Assembly: GCF_964204645.1 (NCBI RefSeq)
Contig: NC_134028.1
Coordinates: 6,820,001-6,884,000 of the forward strand
Reading direction: 5' to 3'
DNA: 64,000 nucleotides
DNA from: Tubulanus polymorphus
Lineage: Eukaryota > Animalia > Nemertea
Positions within the stretch are counted from its first letter, which is position 1, and each line of letters begins with the position of its first letter. This document shows, one piece after another, positions 15,901 through 29,000 of the stretch. The notes below the pieces were generated by a model. That model did no database searches. It was not told the DNA's origin and saw nothing but the letters and a program-made list of their open reading frames with translations. Made by a program: the position numbers and the translations under genes.

Positions 15901-18900
15901 ACTTCGACTTTCTTGATTCGAACGCAGTAAACCTTAAAAATAAGCATATCAATTCTCCTCAGTAAGTGACAATTCCTTTAACACCCATTTTTAAGCTTTT
16001 TCACAAAACTGGTCCAGACCAAAACTACTTTAAAACTAACTTTAGTTTAACTATATCATGACCCATGCCCCATAGTTGTGGGTTAGAGTTAACTCAAAGT
16101 TAAAATCAGTTCATTTTTAATGAATTAACTCTTGAGTCAAATCTTCACTTAGAACTACTGTGGAACTGGATAAAGTTTTACAAAAAAAATTTCAACCCAA
16201 ACTTCATGTTTAGTTCATATGAGGGAAACAACTTTTACGTAACACCTAATACACGGGAAAATCACTGATTAATCACTGATGAAACACTATGTGTATATGA
16301 TAAATAGAGAATCCCAAACTAAAACAAGAGCCCCAAGGGGCACAATGGCCAGCCTGTCAGATTTGCTTTTTATAAATGATGTAATCTGTGGGTTATATTT
16401 ATCAATATACACTCCCTGCTCAATATCATTTACATAGTAAAATCGTGTGTTAACACAGACAGCAGGAACGAATGTAATATAGAAATACGAAGTTATTGTA
16501 TTGTTCAACGCCCCTGGTGGCCATATACAAAAACCAATGAGCTTGAAACTCACCAAGATCATAGACCATGTCATGAGCTACAACTTTCCAATTGATTGAG
16601 TTAGCAAAATATGCATAGGTACGAATGTAATATAGAAATACTAAGTTATTGTATTGTTCAACGCCCCCTGGTGGCCATAAACAAAAACCAATGAGCTTGA
16701 AACTCATCTCGATCATAGAACATGTCATGAGCTACAACTTTCCAATTGATTATAGTACCAAAATATGCTTAAGTATCAATTATGATGTGGAAAAACTTTT
16801 TTTCCACCTACGAATGAGTACTGATGACCCCAAGATGGCAGCCAAGTGCGTCATAATTGCCTGGTCAAAAATACCCTCTCGGATATAAAAGATCCCTTTC
16901 CAAAGAATACCCATTACAAATTGCAATGAAACATGGCACACCATTAGAAAGCTACAGTACTCAGAATTCAGGCCAAAATTGACATTTTTGGGAACAAAAA
17001 AGGTTACAGTACGGCCATCTTGAGTCCGATCGACCCAATTTTTCTCATGCCGATGGGCCCTTGGGGGATACAAATATATACGAATGATCAAGGTTATTGA
17101 TAAAAGTGTCTTCAAAATTTCCCTCGAAAACTTCAAAAATATGTAAAAAGTGCTGATTTTGGCGAACAACAATGGCTGCCAGTCGGCCATCTTGAATCTG
17201 ACAGGGCCAGTTTTTGGCCTGAAGATGTGTCTAGGGTAGATACACATATAAACCAAATATCAAGACATTACCTTGAAGCGTCTTCAAAACTTTGGAACTC
17301 TCACGAACTATCTAGATGGTTATCTCTCGACCTAAATAGCTTCAAGAGCCATCTCAAAACAACTTTGTTCCATGCAGCATACCATTAACTCTCGGAAAGC
17401 GAATTGTATTTAACATTTTTTTGGCAGAATAAAATTTGATTGAATTTGCAATTCGGGCACATGGCTAATTAGCATATCAAGGTCATACACCTGATTTGGT
17501 AAAAACCTTTTTTTCGCGAACCTTGCGCAATTGTCAAGGATGAATTTTCTGTAGAGCAAATAAAAATTCCTCCCAAACACCAAATCAACTAAAGATTTCA
17601 TAGAAATCGATCTTGAAATACAATTTTAAATCTTAAAATAAAACCCGGAAGTAAAACAGTAGACGATACCGCGGGTTCGCGTGAACACCTGATTTCTGTA
17701 AACGAAATGTTGGTTGTGACAAAATTGTTCAGACGGTTTTAGGTGGTAATAAGTAGGCTACGGAAACGTAACGACCATGGTCGACTTATTCGATGAAATC
17801 AGGCCTATGTGATATCCAAATTTTGACTTTTTTATTCTCCAGACCTCCCTGATATAGAAATAAAAAATTTTGGTGGTACGAAAGTGCAATCACAGCGCCG
17901 ACGGGGTCAGAGATCGGCGGAGTGAAAATTGAGGTGGACGAACACGAAGAAGTAGGCTATTGCGCTACTTGAATCACGAAAACCCCTGGAGCGGCCCCCG
18001 ACGCTTTTCGTTGATTAAGTAATAAAAATATCATGCAATGGGTTTTCACAATCTACCGCTGGTATTTACCGGATTTTAATATCACTCCAAAATTCAAAGA
18101 AACCTCGAAATATCGAACTGGAATACTTCCGGTAGATATCCGCGGCTGCCCAACCGGGAAACTTATTAGTTTCAATAGATATTGATAGGATCCATCATCT
18201 TCACCCGTCAAGGGATTCGAACCCACTAAGCTAAAGCCATGCCAGAATCGGGTCGGGCTAATCACAGCGCTTGTAACAAACCACATTAGGCTTCTGTGGA
18301 ATTTCCCAGTAAATGGGTCAATCAGCGAACACGTAGCGAACGCGGAAGTATTGTCGCGTCTTGATACATAAAGTCATGCGCAAAAGCGCCAGTAATGAAA
18401 TCGCGATAATTCACGTGAACAGCTGCTGATATTTTCAGATAAACCAATCACAGGGAAGACACAACTTCCTGATTGGCTGATAAAAATTGAAATTTTCCCG
18501 ATTTAACTTTCGTGAAAAATGCAGAAAACATTTTTATGAGACCCTATTTCAAAATTCTGCTTGCTACGATTCCGAGAATGGATTACGCTTAAATACGTGA
18601 TTTGTTCGAATATGCCCTCACTTGGCAAGCAAAAGAGCCTTTTGTGTGGAAACCATGTCATTTAAATTTGCTCCATTTGTATAGTAATAGGCTCAGCCTA
18701 CGGCTGGCCTAATAATGAGAACGACGAAGTCCAAAAAGTTTTCTTTGTGTTTATCAATTCGACATTTCAACTTTACGGACTCCGATCTTTTTCATTCTGT
18801 TTTAGTGTGGGATTCAGTATATGCTTCCGATTGTTTTCCAGCGCCGCGTGCGTTTACGAGAAACAGTTTCGGGGACAACTTTTCGTAGATCGAACGCGTT

Positions 18901-21397
18901 TCTGTTTTCGTGTTTCCCCGCATCAGGCTTTCGATCCCTATCCATCTTATCTCCGATGGAATAAAGCGGACTAAGATTGCCGCTCGAGGACTGATTTAAC
19001 CGATACAACGGAATACGGACTGAATCGATTCAATGAATGAATTACTCACCAGGAGCAGGTTGTGGAGTTTGAGCCATCAACGGCGGAATAGTGCCGATCA
19101 CTTGCTGCATAGGATTCGACGTAATGATATTCTGATTCATCGGCTGACTGGATAAATTCTGCGACGGCATCATATTTTTGATATTCGGCGGATTTATATT
19201 CTGTAATAGGAACCGAATGAATACAGAGCAAAAATTTAAGTAGATAATAGACTATAGACAGTGGAATCGACCGCAGTAACACACTCTTAACCCTTTCAGT
19301 GCGTCTACACCGCAGTGCGGTGTATAAATCAGTGATCGATATTGCTAGTACACCGCAATGCGGTGTATTGATGTAATTAGTAATTATCTCTCGTGAAAAA
19401 TGGCAGCAGCAGTCAAACATAGTGAAATACTAGTAACTAACGATACATTGCGCCGCGGTGTAGACGCACTATAGTGGTATTCCCGTTATTCAACACACTA
19501 GGGTGGAATTTTAAAAAAATTTTCAAATTATCTCCAGCACTGTATGGTATTAATTAGTCAGCACTGAAAGGGTTAAATTCTACTATTACTACTAGAGTGA
19601 AACTATTCGGTATTTGAGAATCATTTTGAGTTACAGTTGAAAATCTAATTACCTGCGTAGGTAAAACTTGTATGCGCACGGCGTTCCATTTAAACGGCAT
19701 GTTCGGGTTATACGTTGCTTCCACTAAAACCCGGTCACCGACCTTCGGTTGAACTCCTTTCACACAACTAAAATCATCCGAAATTTGATTTTAAATCTTT
19801 TTAGCAGCGCTATGGGACAGTCACAATATCATAATTCTAAAATCTATCATTCGAAGTACTCATTTGTAGAGTAAAACCATGGATAAATTGGATCGGTGTC
19901 AGATTTTTATCCAAAAGCTTCTCAAAATCGCCAATAATCTCCCAGTCCCAAAACATCCAACTGACTTACTGTTTACAGGTTTGATACTAATTTCGTACCT
20001 TGTCTGGAAAAATACTTCTTCGTCGACGAAACCGAAGTTATCGTGCAGTTTCGTAACAATACTGGTGAAGGCGCGTTGTTTTTGAGGGGGCGTCGGTTCT
20101 CTGGTCATCATCCGTGGAGCCGGATAACTGACCGTTCCGACCTGACTCGTCGGAATGCCTAAACCGGGCTGAAATTTCAGAAAACAATTCTCTAAGTCGT
20201 ACGAAATACCAACGTTTTGAAACTAAGGAATCAAATTTTTTCGTAGTTTGACGTGTGTAACATTCAAATCTTTCCAAAGCCTAGAATTGGCCACAGAAAA
20301 ACCCATAAATTTCTAAAATTGAAGGGCCAAAAATCTATAAAGAATTTTTGTAGACAAGGAGTTAACAGCAGTACGGTAACTGGACTGTGCTCACCATTAG
20401 ATATTTACACAAAATATAGGTTGGTCTAAACCCTGTTATGCCTGATAGAAAGTTTTCAACATCAGGTTACTATAAATAGCGAACGGTTTAAATCTTTGAG
20501 ACACTTACTTGCATCTGAGCCATTTGATTGACAGCCGCTAATTGCTGTTGCGTTTGGGCGGCAGCGTATTGTTGTTGCATGGTCATCGTTGTTTGCTGGT
20601 TGGCTCCGAGGCTGTAAACGCTGGCTACACCGGGCTGTCCGATATTTAACGACGACTGCCCCGCTATACTTGTATTTGTGACCATCGGCGTATTCGATAC
20701 AGGAACTGTAATCAATAAATACACGCATCTAAATCAATGAACAAAAACGTAAAATCGATTCTTACCGTAATAAGTAAAGCGAGATGTATAGGTCTAGTGC
20801 TTAACCCTTTCAGTGCGCCTACACCACAGTGCAGTGTATAAATCAGTGATTTTGCCAGTACACCGCAATGCGGTGTATTGATGTAATTAGTAATTGGTAA
20901 TTATCCCTCTTGAAAAATGACAGCACCCGTCAAACATAGAAATATTAGAAACTAACGATACACTGCGCCGCGGTGTAGACGCATTATAGTGGTATTCCCG
21001 TTATTCAACACACTAGGGTGGAATTTTTAAAAATTTCAAATTATCTCCAGCACTATAGGGTATTAATTAGTCAGCACTGAAGAACAAACATTTTGAAGAA
21101 CAAGCTTTGGCTACAAGTGCAAAGTAACTTTATCAGGTACTCATTCACACGATGAAGCTACTATACATTGACTAGCAGACGGCAAGCTCATACTTCGAAT
21201 AAATAAATCAACCTTTTAAGTAGGCCTACTAGCCATATCGCTTTACTTATTCTACACCAGATCAGAAGTTAAAAGGTAAACATGTTTTTATGGAGAATGA
21301 AAAATCATCTTGAGATAGTTGACAAAATGACAGGGGCGGGCTTACCTGATGAAACCGACCTTGCCCACGGCGGATTTTTACCCCCGAACGATGCCAT
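6946..21397 (-). CDS. CCAR1: Cell division cycle and apoptosis regulator 1 (about 19 exons)
   Basis: Start exon MASFGGKNPPWA (21346-21397). S1-like RAFTSIVTKLHDNFGFVDEEVFFQ and PKVGDRVLVEATYNPNMPFKWNA; RS-rich segment; YVPSDFF; DBC1 region GGAWSPSLDG; SAP domain MRRELEARGVNSKGLKSQLMARL; LLDYRPEDTKEHSFEV; C-terminal coiled coil ending at 6946. Confidence 0.95.
9531..9762. mobile_element. MITE-like intronic element (CAGGG...CCCTG ends)
   Basis: Termini CAGGGTGGCCACT / AGTGGCCATCCCTG; similar TTTCCCTGA-rich sequences recur at about 7400-7500 and 39860-40140. Confidence 0.45.
14917..15204. mobile_element. piggyBac-type MITE, copy 1
   Basis: TTAA|CCCTTTCAGTGC...GCACTGAAAGGG|TTAA; inverted relative to the copies at 19291 and 20805. 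Confidence 0.85.
16322..17290 (-). repeat. Dispersed repeat with an internal ~155-bp tandem duplication (HINE/Helentron-like family)
   Basis: Shares long stretches in inverse orientation with 28340-29010 (e.g. AAGATGGCCGACTGGCAGCCATTGTTGTTCGCCAAAATCAGCAC) and weaker similarity with 44500-44800. Confidence 0.7.
19291..19572. mobile_element. piggyBac-type MITE, copy 2
   Basis: TTAA TSD at both ends with the same CCCTTTCAGTGC TIR. Confidence 0.85.
20805..21082. mobile_element. piggyBac-type MITE, copy 3 (right end eroded)
   Basis: TTAA|CCCTTTCAGTGC start; body near-identical to 19291-19572. Confidence 0.8.
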
Positions 21398-23024
21398 CCT
21401 CGACGGTGCGATTGATCTATCTTCTAATCAGATGCGAACATAGAACCTATAGCGTTAAAAGTAAGAAGTGACCTGTCAACGATATTGTATGGCTTGTGAT
21501 TGGCTAATTCGCCTGGCGCATGAGAGTTGTTGAAGTAAGAGATGGACAGACAGAGAAAATTGAGTGAATAGATAGAGCCCCATTTGAACCCTGGTAGTGT
21601 CTTTAAGGCGCTTGAATTCTGCCGAAAGGTTTTAACAGCATACAGCAGCGTGTGTTATCACAATGGCGCTAATCCTAAATTTACCATAAAATGAATCCTA
21701 ACCAACCCAAATTCACCCTCTCCCCCACAATTCTCCTGCTATCCTAATCATCAACCTAACCCTAATTAACACCCTATTTTATCATTCATCATCCTGGTAA
21801 CCAGCCTCAATCAACAGCGTCCAGTTCCACAGTTAAGATTGAACTCATTGAAAATGAATTGATTGTAACTCAAGAGTTAACACTGATTATTCTGCTGGTA
21901 GTGGTACAGAATAAAATTGTCATTTATCTGGCTAAATATATCTATGTGAAATGTGATTAACCGAATCCGTCTATTATATATTCACTGGCACTGCCTCTAA
22001 ATTTGAGTCTAATTTGAATTTGATTGCCCTCTGCCTGGCCATTGATTGATTGAGATTGAGAATCTGGGTCGCATCCAGTATCACAAAAATTGAAAATATA
22101 CAAACTTGGGCAGCAGAGACTTCTTGTATGATTCATAGAGAAAAGCTCAGGTCTATAGCGAAATATATTAGATACAAATTAAACCGAACCTTCCATCAAT
22201 AATAAACGATATTTAAGGCTGGAATTCTCGTGCGCGAAAACGCAAAATTATTACAAAACCCGGAAATGATTTTTTTTCCGATCGGGACACGACGGAACAT
22301 TTTCATTTTTCGACAAATGAATCATAATTTTGAAAACTTGACAAAAAAACTATCTCTAATTTTTCTACGACTCTTTCAGCTAAGAATGGGGATTATTTTG
22401 ATCGTCGGATATCGAATGAATTTGATTATTTTTATTTCGATTATATACATTTGTTCCGCGGATGAACTGTTTGTTTGAGAGTGGTGACTCAAAATTTCGA
22501 ATAAATGTATTTTTAAGCTGGATTTCTGTCGTTGACAATCGGATATCAGATTAGAAACCTTGCCTATAATTTAATCGAGTTACCAAGAGGTAAGTTCGAA
22601 ATTTGTTATGTCGTTTAAACATGCAGGGGTAGGGCTAAACGGCTCGTTTTCCTTGAACGCCCACCTGTTTTAGTCTGAGTAAACTTCTCTCGGCGTTATG
22701 ACATTCCTCACGAGGCTTACACAAGCTTTTTTATAGTGACAAATCGAAACCATTTCATTAGGGTCTATTGGGAGAGTTCACATCATTTAGAAAAAAAAAT
22801 GACTCGCTAAAAGAACCTTTTAACAATATTAGTGTCTTGTTGATTTGGTCCAAGAAGGAGGTAGCCTATGATGTGCAAGGGGGGTCCTGTGTCGTGAAAA
22901 AACAGGGTGAAAACTGTCAATTTCAGTCATGGACTACTGAGATGACATTGTGGATTGTTTTAATTAAGACATGTATTACTGTAGCCTATTTGGAATTATG
23001 TTTGTTTATTCTATTTTCAGGAAG

Positions 23025-26000
23025 ATGAAGTCTTCCGGGTTTGTCCTCGGAAGGTCGCTTTTGTGTTGCGTAATTTTCATATTATTAGGTTCCACGCCCT
23101 CGTTGTGCAACCGAGAACTTAAAACGTAAGTTGACAAAAGGCTCAATGAATATATGTTTCCATTAAGGTCGCCTGTCACTAATAATAAATTGGAATTAAT
23201 TAACCTGTAATCAGCTTTGTTCATCTGAAATAGTGTTATGACTCGTTCTGAAAAAATGTTTTTATTTCAGCCAACACCGAAGTAAAAGAGCAATTGAAGT
23301 ATCTGATCCTATGTGGTCACAACAATGGTACCTGGTAAGTCGGAGGGTTCGAACTATGGCGGTTGTTAGAAGATTTGGGCATCATTTCAAAATATGGACA
23401 TGTTTCCAAATTTACGAGATTTGAGGCAAAAGTTTAGGAAAATGAAGCAAAATTTTCGCCCCAATTAATCTATAAGCTGTAAGATTGCTTATCCTATGCA
23501 TCTGATTTTCAAAACCCTACAAAAGTTCCACTTACAAGAAAAAAATTCCATTTTCATGAAATTTTAAGCTACCTTTATGATCACGCTGTTGCAACGGTTT
23601 GTTCATGAATTCAATTTTCCTTGCGAAAAGCAGCAACGATTTGCCAATTGCTGGTGCCAATGGCTCAAGGAGCCTCTTGAGATGAAATGCTGAGGATCAG
23701 ATCTTATATAATTTAATCGGTCGAGGGTCAGGGATAATCGAGAAAACATCAGGAAATTTTGAATTATCTGATCTACACGAATCCTGTTAATGACAACGAA
23801 CAGCAACCGCAAGGTGCTGAAATCAACGTAAATAAGCAATTTTTGTAACCAAGTTTATTTATTAATGTTTGCAGTATAGAGACTCTGGTAGTAGTTCCGG
23901 TGCTGATATGAATTCAATGGTAGCCTGGGATTACGCCACCGGCGCGGGTGTCACGATCGGCGTTGTGGATGGCGGCGTTTTAGAGAATTCCGAAGATATT
24001 CGAGTGGTAAGTAATTAAGATTTGAATAAATTACAAAATCGGCCGTGCTTTCCATATGTTCAGAGATATGTTACATCTGTGAACATATTCAAGTGCAGAC
24101 CCGACATACACTGAAAGGACTTGGCAGGTTTCTACGTCCCAACCTGCCTGTCCGATACTTTTGCATTGGTTATAAACATTTTTGCCACAAATAGAGCCAC
24201 GCATACCGCATAAAATGAATGCAGTTAGAAAAAAAATGGAAACGATGAACAGACCCATCAGGGCCTCAAACATCTAATGCTTCAACTTTGAGTAATTTGT
24301 TAGACCATGTTCCGCTAATCAGGAGAGACCTGGTTGTTCCAATTTTCCACTTTCTTCATGTGGTGGTAGAGCATTCTCCACATATGCTCCCAGACTGTGA
24401 AGAATAACCTTCTTGCCAATAAACAGTTTTATTCCGTGCTAGCTACGTATAGTTTCTAGCGGAGCGCATTTGAACTTAAATAAGGAGCCTTGCACTATAT
24501 AAGTGACAATTTATTATTATCATAATTTAGTCGTACGAATATTTTGATGTTTCGTTATTTCAGAATACCGAGTTGACATTGGATTTACATCCCGGTCAGC
24601 CGATCGATGCGGACAGTACTGGAACAGAAGCTGCAGGCGTCGCTGCTGCGCTGAGGAATGCTAAATGCGGCGTCGGCATCGCTTATGAAGCTCAGATAGC
24701 GAGTAAGTATTCATCAATACAACCCGAACAGTATTTGTCGGTAATCCCTTAAAAACTGGCGAGTATTTTTCAGCCTGTGAATGATTTTGGACCACGCAAA
24801 CTTAATAACTCAGTAGATATAATGGTATACATATTTTCTGAAAGCCGTTTTCACGAGCTTTGGAATGATACCAAGTTTATTGCCTTTGTTGCGACATTGC
24901 TTCTGACGATCTTCTCAACTTGAGAAATCTGACTAATAAGACGCATAGTTTCACTACCAATTGTACGATGAATCGCTTTGCTAGACATCGCTGGGCTTCA
25001 CAAACTACAGTCCAACATCCTTAATCAGTTTAATAGAGATTGTTTTGATCCAAAAATCCAGACTAACTGCACCGTGAATAATACCTGATGCTATTTACTG
25101 TCCGCCTTTACATAAAAGTTTGTAGAATATGATGTTTTATTTGGATTTCTTGTAAAGCCTATTCGTATCGGTCCCATTAAACGTGTACGTATCTTTTTCG
25201 TCGCAACAGATATCCGGTTGTTTTCCAAGGCAGCGAATGTCATCAGAGATGACTTGAGAGCCAAGGCGCTCACTCATCGACTCGATAAAATCGACATCTA
25301 TTTGAATAATTGGTCGGCGAATGAAGATGCGGGTGATAATTCGCGAAAACTGTTCCGAATGTCGCCGCAATCCAGTCAGGCATTGTATAAAGGAATTCGA
25401 GAGGTATTTATATTTTTTGGGATGGCATGGTTTGAGTTTAAATTTCGGTTTCTGGTTTCACAGTTGCGAAGGATATCAAAAATAGTTCGTACTCCAACGT
25501 CAGGGGTGGATCCAGCCTCTTATCCTGAATATCGCTTTAAGACATTATCACAAGCCCTTAAGGGGAGTGTGGGGTTAGAATTTTATCGCCTCCAGATGCA
25601 TTCTGACCGTTTGTTAAACTGACGTTTAACTTAATATTCCATACATCGATCAACTTCGTTCATCCAAAAAGCAAGGTTAGTTAGATGAGTCGAATGATAA
25701 AAGAACACAGAAAAAGGAATTAATTACATATATTTTGAAAATATCATTCTTGAAAAATCCTAGAGAACTGCCAAGCAGTAAGTAGTAGGCTGGAAGTTGA
25801 TCTATGATAATTCGGAACTGGCCAAGGTTTGCTTAAATACATACTTTTTCAGTGACTTTGATAATTAAAGTTGTTACTGAGTAATGGGTTGTAAATGTGG
25901 ACCCACGTGTCAATTCAATGTTCTCTGGAATAAGAATTAAGAGCTAAGATCATTTCGCACTAGGAGTAGCCACATGATGCAGTTAAGCGTCTTAACTCGT

Positions 26001-29000
26001 ATGTGGCCAACTGGGACAAAAACAGAGTTACTTTCTGAGTCCCTGTCTTTTCTGGTCCTTTAGTTTTTCCAAGTTACTCAAGGTGTATTGTAATAAAGTA
26101 TCAATATGAACTGTAATGAAGTTTCAATCCGAACTGATCATGGTCTCTATCTTGCTTTCGACAGGGACGCGGCGGTAAAGGAGCCATATATATCTGGGCG
26201 TCCGGTAAAGGCGGCCTGCTGTCGGGCGATAGCTGTTCGTACGACGAATACGTCAATAACATTTACACGATCGCCGTCGCCGGAATTAAAGAGGATAATC
26301 GGCGTCTGCTGCGCGGAGAAAGGTGTTCGGCTATTATTGTATCGGCTTATAGCGCCGATTCGGGTGAGACCGGAACGCTAGACGCCACTATGCAGCAACA
26401 ATCATTGCGTAATATCGTAAGTATTTTTTCAGTCGATTGCTGAGAGCCGCTTTGAATTCCGAGAGCATGTTAGGGTAGCTACTAGGTTATTTCGAGGATG
26501 TACCAGTGAGTAGTTAATTTGTGGGAGAAGCCTCTGCTAAGAATTTACCGTGTTTTGGTCGTGGGTCTTTCTTCAATTCCAAAATATAAACAGTTACTTG
26601 TCCATGGAACCAACACAGCATGAAATGTCAGATTGATGCTTTGCTAGTGTACATTCTATAATCTTGTATTGGTATATTTGATGATGAAATTTTTAATATG
26701 GCAAAAAATATGGAACCAAGACACATCATCTTTAGCAGGGATTCATTTGAATTGCGTCACTGGACTTGACCATAAACCTGTCATAGTGGTAGTCATTTGA
26801 ACCTGATAATGGCACCACAAGACTCTGTCACGGTACAAAATCCTGCCCTATTGCTAAAGAAATCCAGGGATTCAAACCCGGTGGAATCCTTGGTATGAAA
26901 TGCCCGCCATGTAGTTTTGTCCTTCTAGCAGGGAATCAGATGTCATTGAGTATTTGCCACGGTGGTATAGTTCAAGATACAGTCATGGTTGATATAGGTT
27001 TTGTGGCAAATTTAGCAACTTAAGACAAACCTTGGTACTTAAGACGGCTTAAGTCGCGACTGTGCAACACTGTACCTTCACCCTATTTCAAGTTGTCGAA
27101 TGATAATCATTTCAGGTGTCGCCGTCCGGTAAGAGTATTTCTGAATGTGATACGGATTTCGCCGAATCAGGTGCCGCAGCTTCGATGGTCGCCGGTGCAG
27201 CTGCCTTAGCGTTACAAGTCAAGTAAGTTTTCACATGCGTATCGTCAAGAAACTTTCGGTAGCGGTAGTGAAATATCATCGATATTAAAGCCCCAACAGC
27301 ATCACAACTGAAACGAAATTTATCGTTGAAAATGACATATTATTATCATTGGATCATAGAGAAAGTGACTGTGACTTTGTATGTTCAATCAAGGAGGCCA
27401 TACACATAAAATCATGCCAACCTAAACTAAACTAAACTTTTTTTCGCTAGCTGTGCCTCATATACCCTTGATGTATTCTAAAATGCTTTACTGTCACGCC
27501 AATTGATCTCTGTAAATCAGGTATTCAGATGCTGGTAGTTGTTTATTTCTGTGGGCTTGTATACCCTTCTGGGCATTGTTTATTTCGTACATCATACCTG
27601 AGCAAAATTGATCGTGATATATTATTTTCAAGGTCAGGATGAAATAGGTTATAGCAGTTATTCTGTAGTGGAAATAAATTAAAGTCGGTACTTGTATATG
27701 CGCTCGTGTTCGTATGTATTTAACATTGTCGTTGCGTCCAATTTCAGTCCAAAATTAACTTGGAGAGACATGCAACATCTCATCATACGAACGTCAAATC
27801 CGTACATCGGATTCCGAACCAAACAAAATCGCGACGAATTCATCACAAATGCCGCTAATTTCAAAGGTGAATAAATTTTCGTCGAAACTTTATGTGGAAA
27901 ATCCGTTTTTTCGCTAGGTTTTTTGTTTAAAAAAAGAATTATGATACAATTCGAATTAGATGAACCATGATGCTCTTTCTCTGCAGTATCGCCGACGTTC
28001 GGCTTTGGATTGTTGGACATCGGAAAAATGGTTAAACTGGCGCGAAAATGGCCGGAACTTCCAAAAAATATGACCTGCATCATACCCGGACGTTTAATCG
28101 CTAAGTATGTTCCAGAAATTAGTTAAGAGTTCAGTATAGAATCTAATTGTTTTATATCATGAGTCGTAGCCTGGTTACCCTTCGGTCCAACAGCCTCCTC
28201 TAAAACACGGTTTGATTATTTGCGATCTTTTTAGTAAATGTTCTTTCAATTTGATTAAGATGGGTTTCAGGCCGGTTTTAAGTGTTCTTGCAGATCTGAT
28301 CTGACCGGGAAATCAAGAAAAATCAGTGAATCGCAGATTAATTTTTAGCCCACTTGGGACTTTAGTCCCAGCGGGCTATTGCGTTCACTTTCCGTCCGTC
28401 CGTTCGTCCGTCCGTAGACGGAATCCAGTTATTTTGGGAAGTTTTGAAGACGCTTCAAGGTAATGTCTTGATATTTGGTTTTTTACATGTATCTACCCTA
28501 GACAAAATCTTCAGCCCAAAAACTGGCCCTATCAGAATCAAGATGGCCGACTGGCAGCCATTGTTGTTCGCCAAAATCAGCACTTTTTACACATTTTCGA
28601 AGTTTACGAGGGAAATTTTGAAGACGATTTGATCGTAAACTTCGAAAATGTGTAAAAAGTGCTGATTGGTACCTAGGCATATTTTGTTACCATGATCAAT
28701 TACAAAGTTGTAGTTCATGACATGTTCTATGAATATGGTGAGTTACAAGGTTATTGGGTTTTGAATATGGTCACCAGGGGGCGTTGAATAGTAGATTAAC
28801 TTAGTATTTCCACATTAAATTAGTAACGAGGCATTTTTTGTTATCACAATCAATTACAAAATCATAGCTGCTGACATGTTTTATGATTGTATTGAGTTTC
28901 AAGGTCATTGGTTTTTGTATATGGTCACCAGAGGGCGTTGAATATTGAAATTGTTAGATTGTTGAGCATTTGAAACCACTTCCCAAGTGGGCATGGTGTC

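Noticed and set aside
16287-17256. Several 80-160-aa ORFs in a CCAR1 intron
   Set aside because: They lie in a dispersed repeat also present at 28340-29010; no protein motif.
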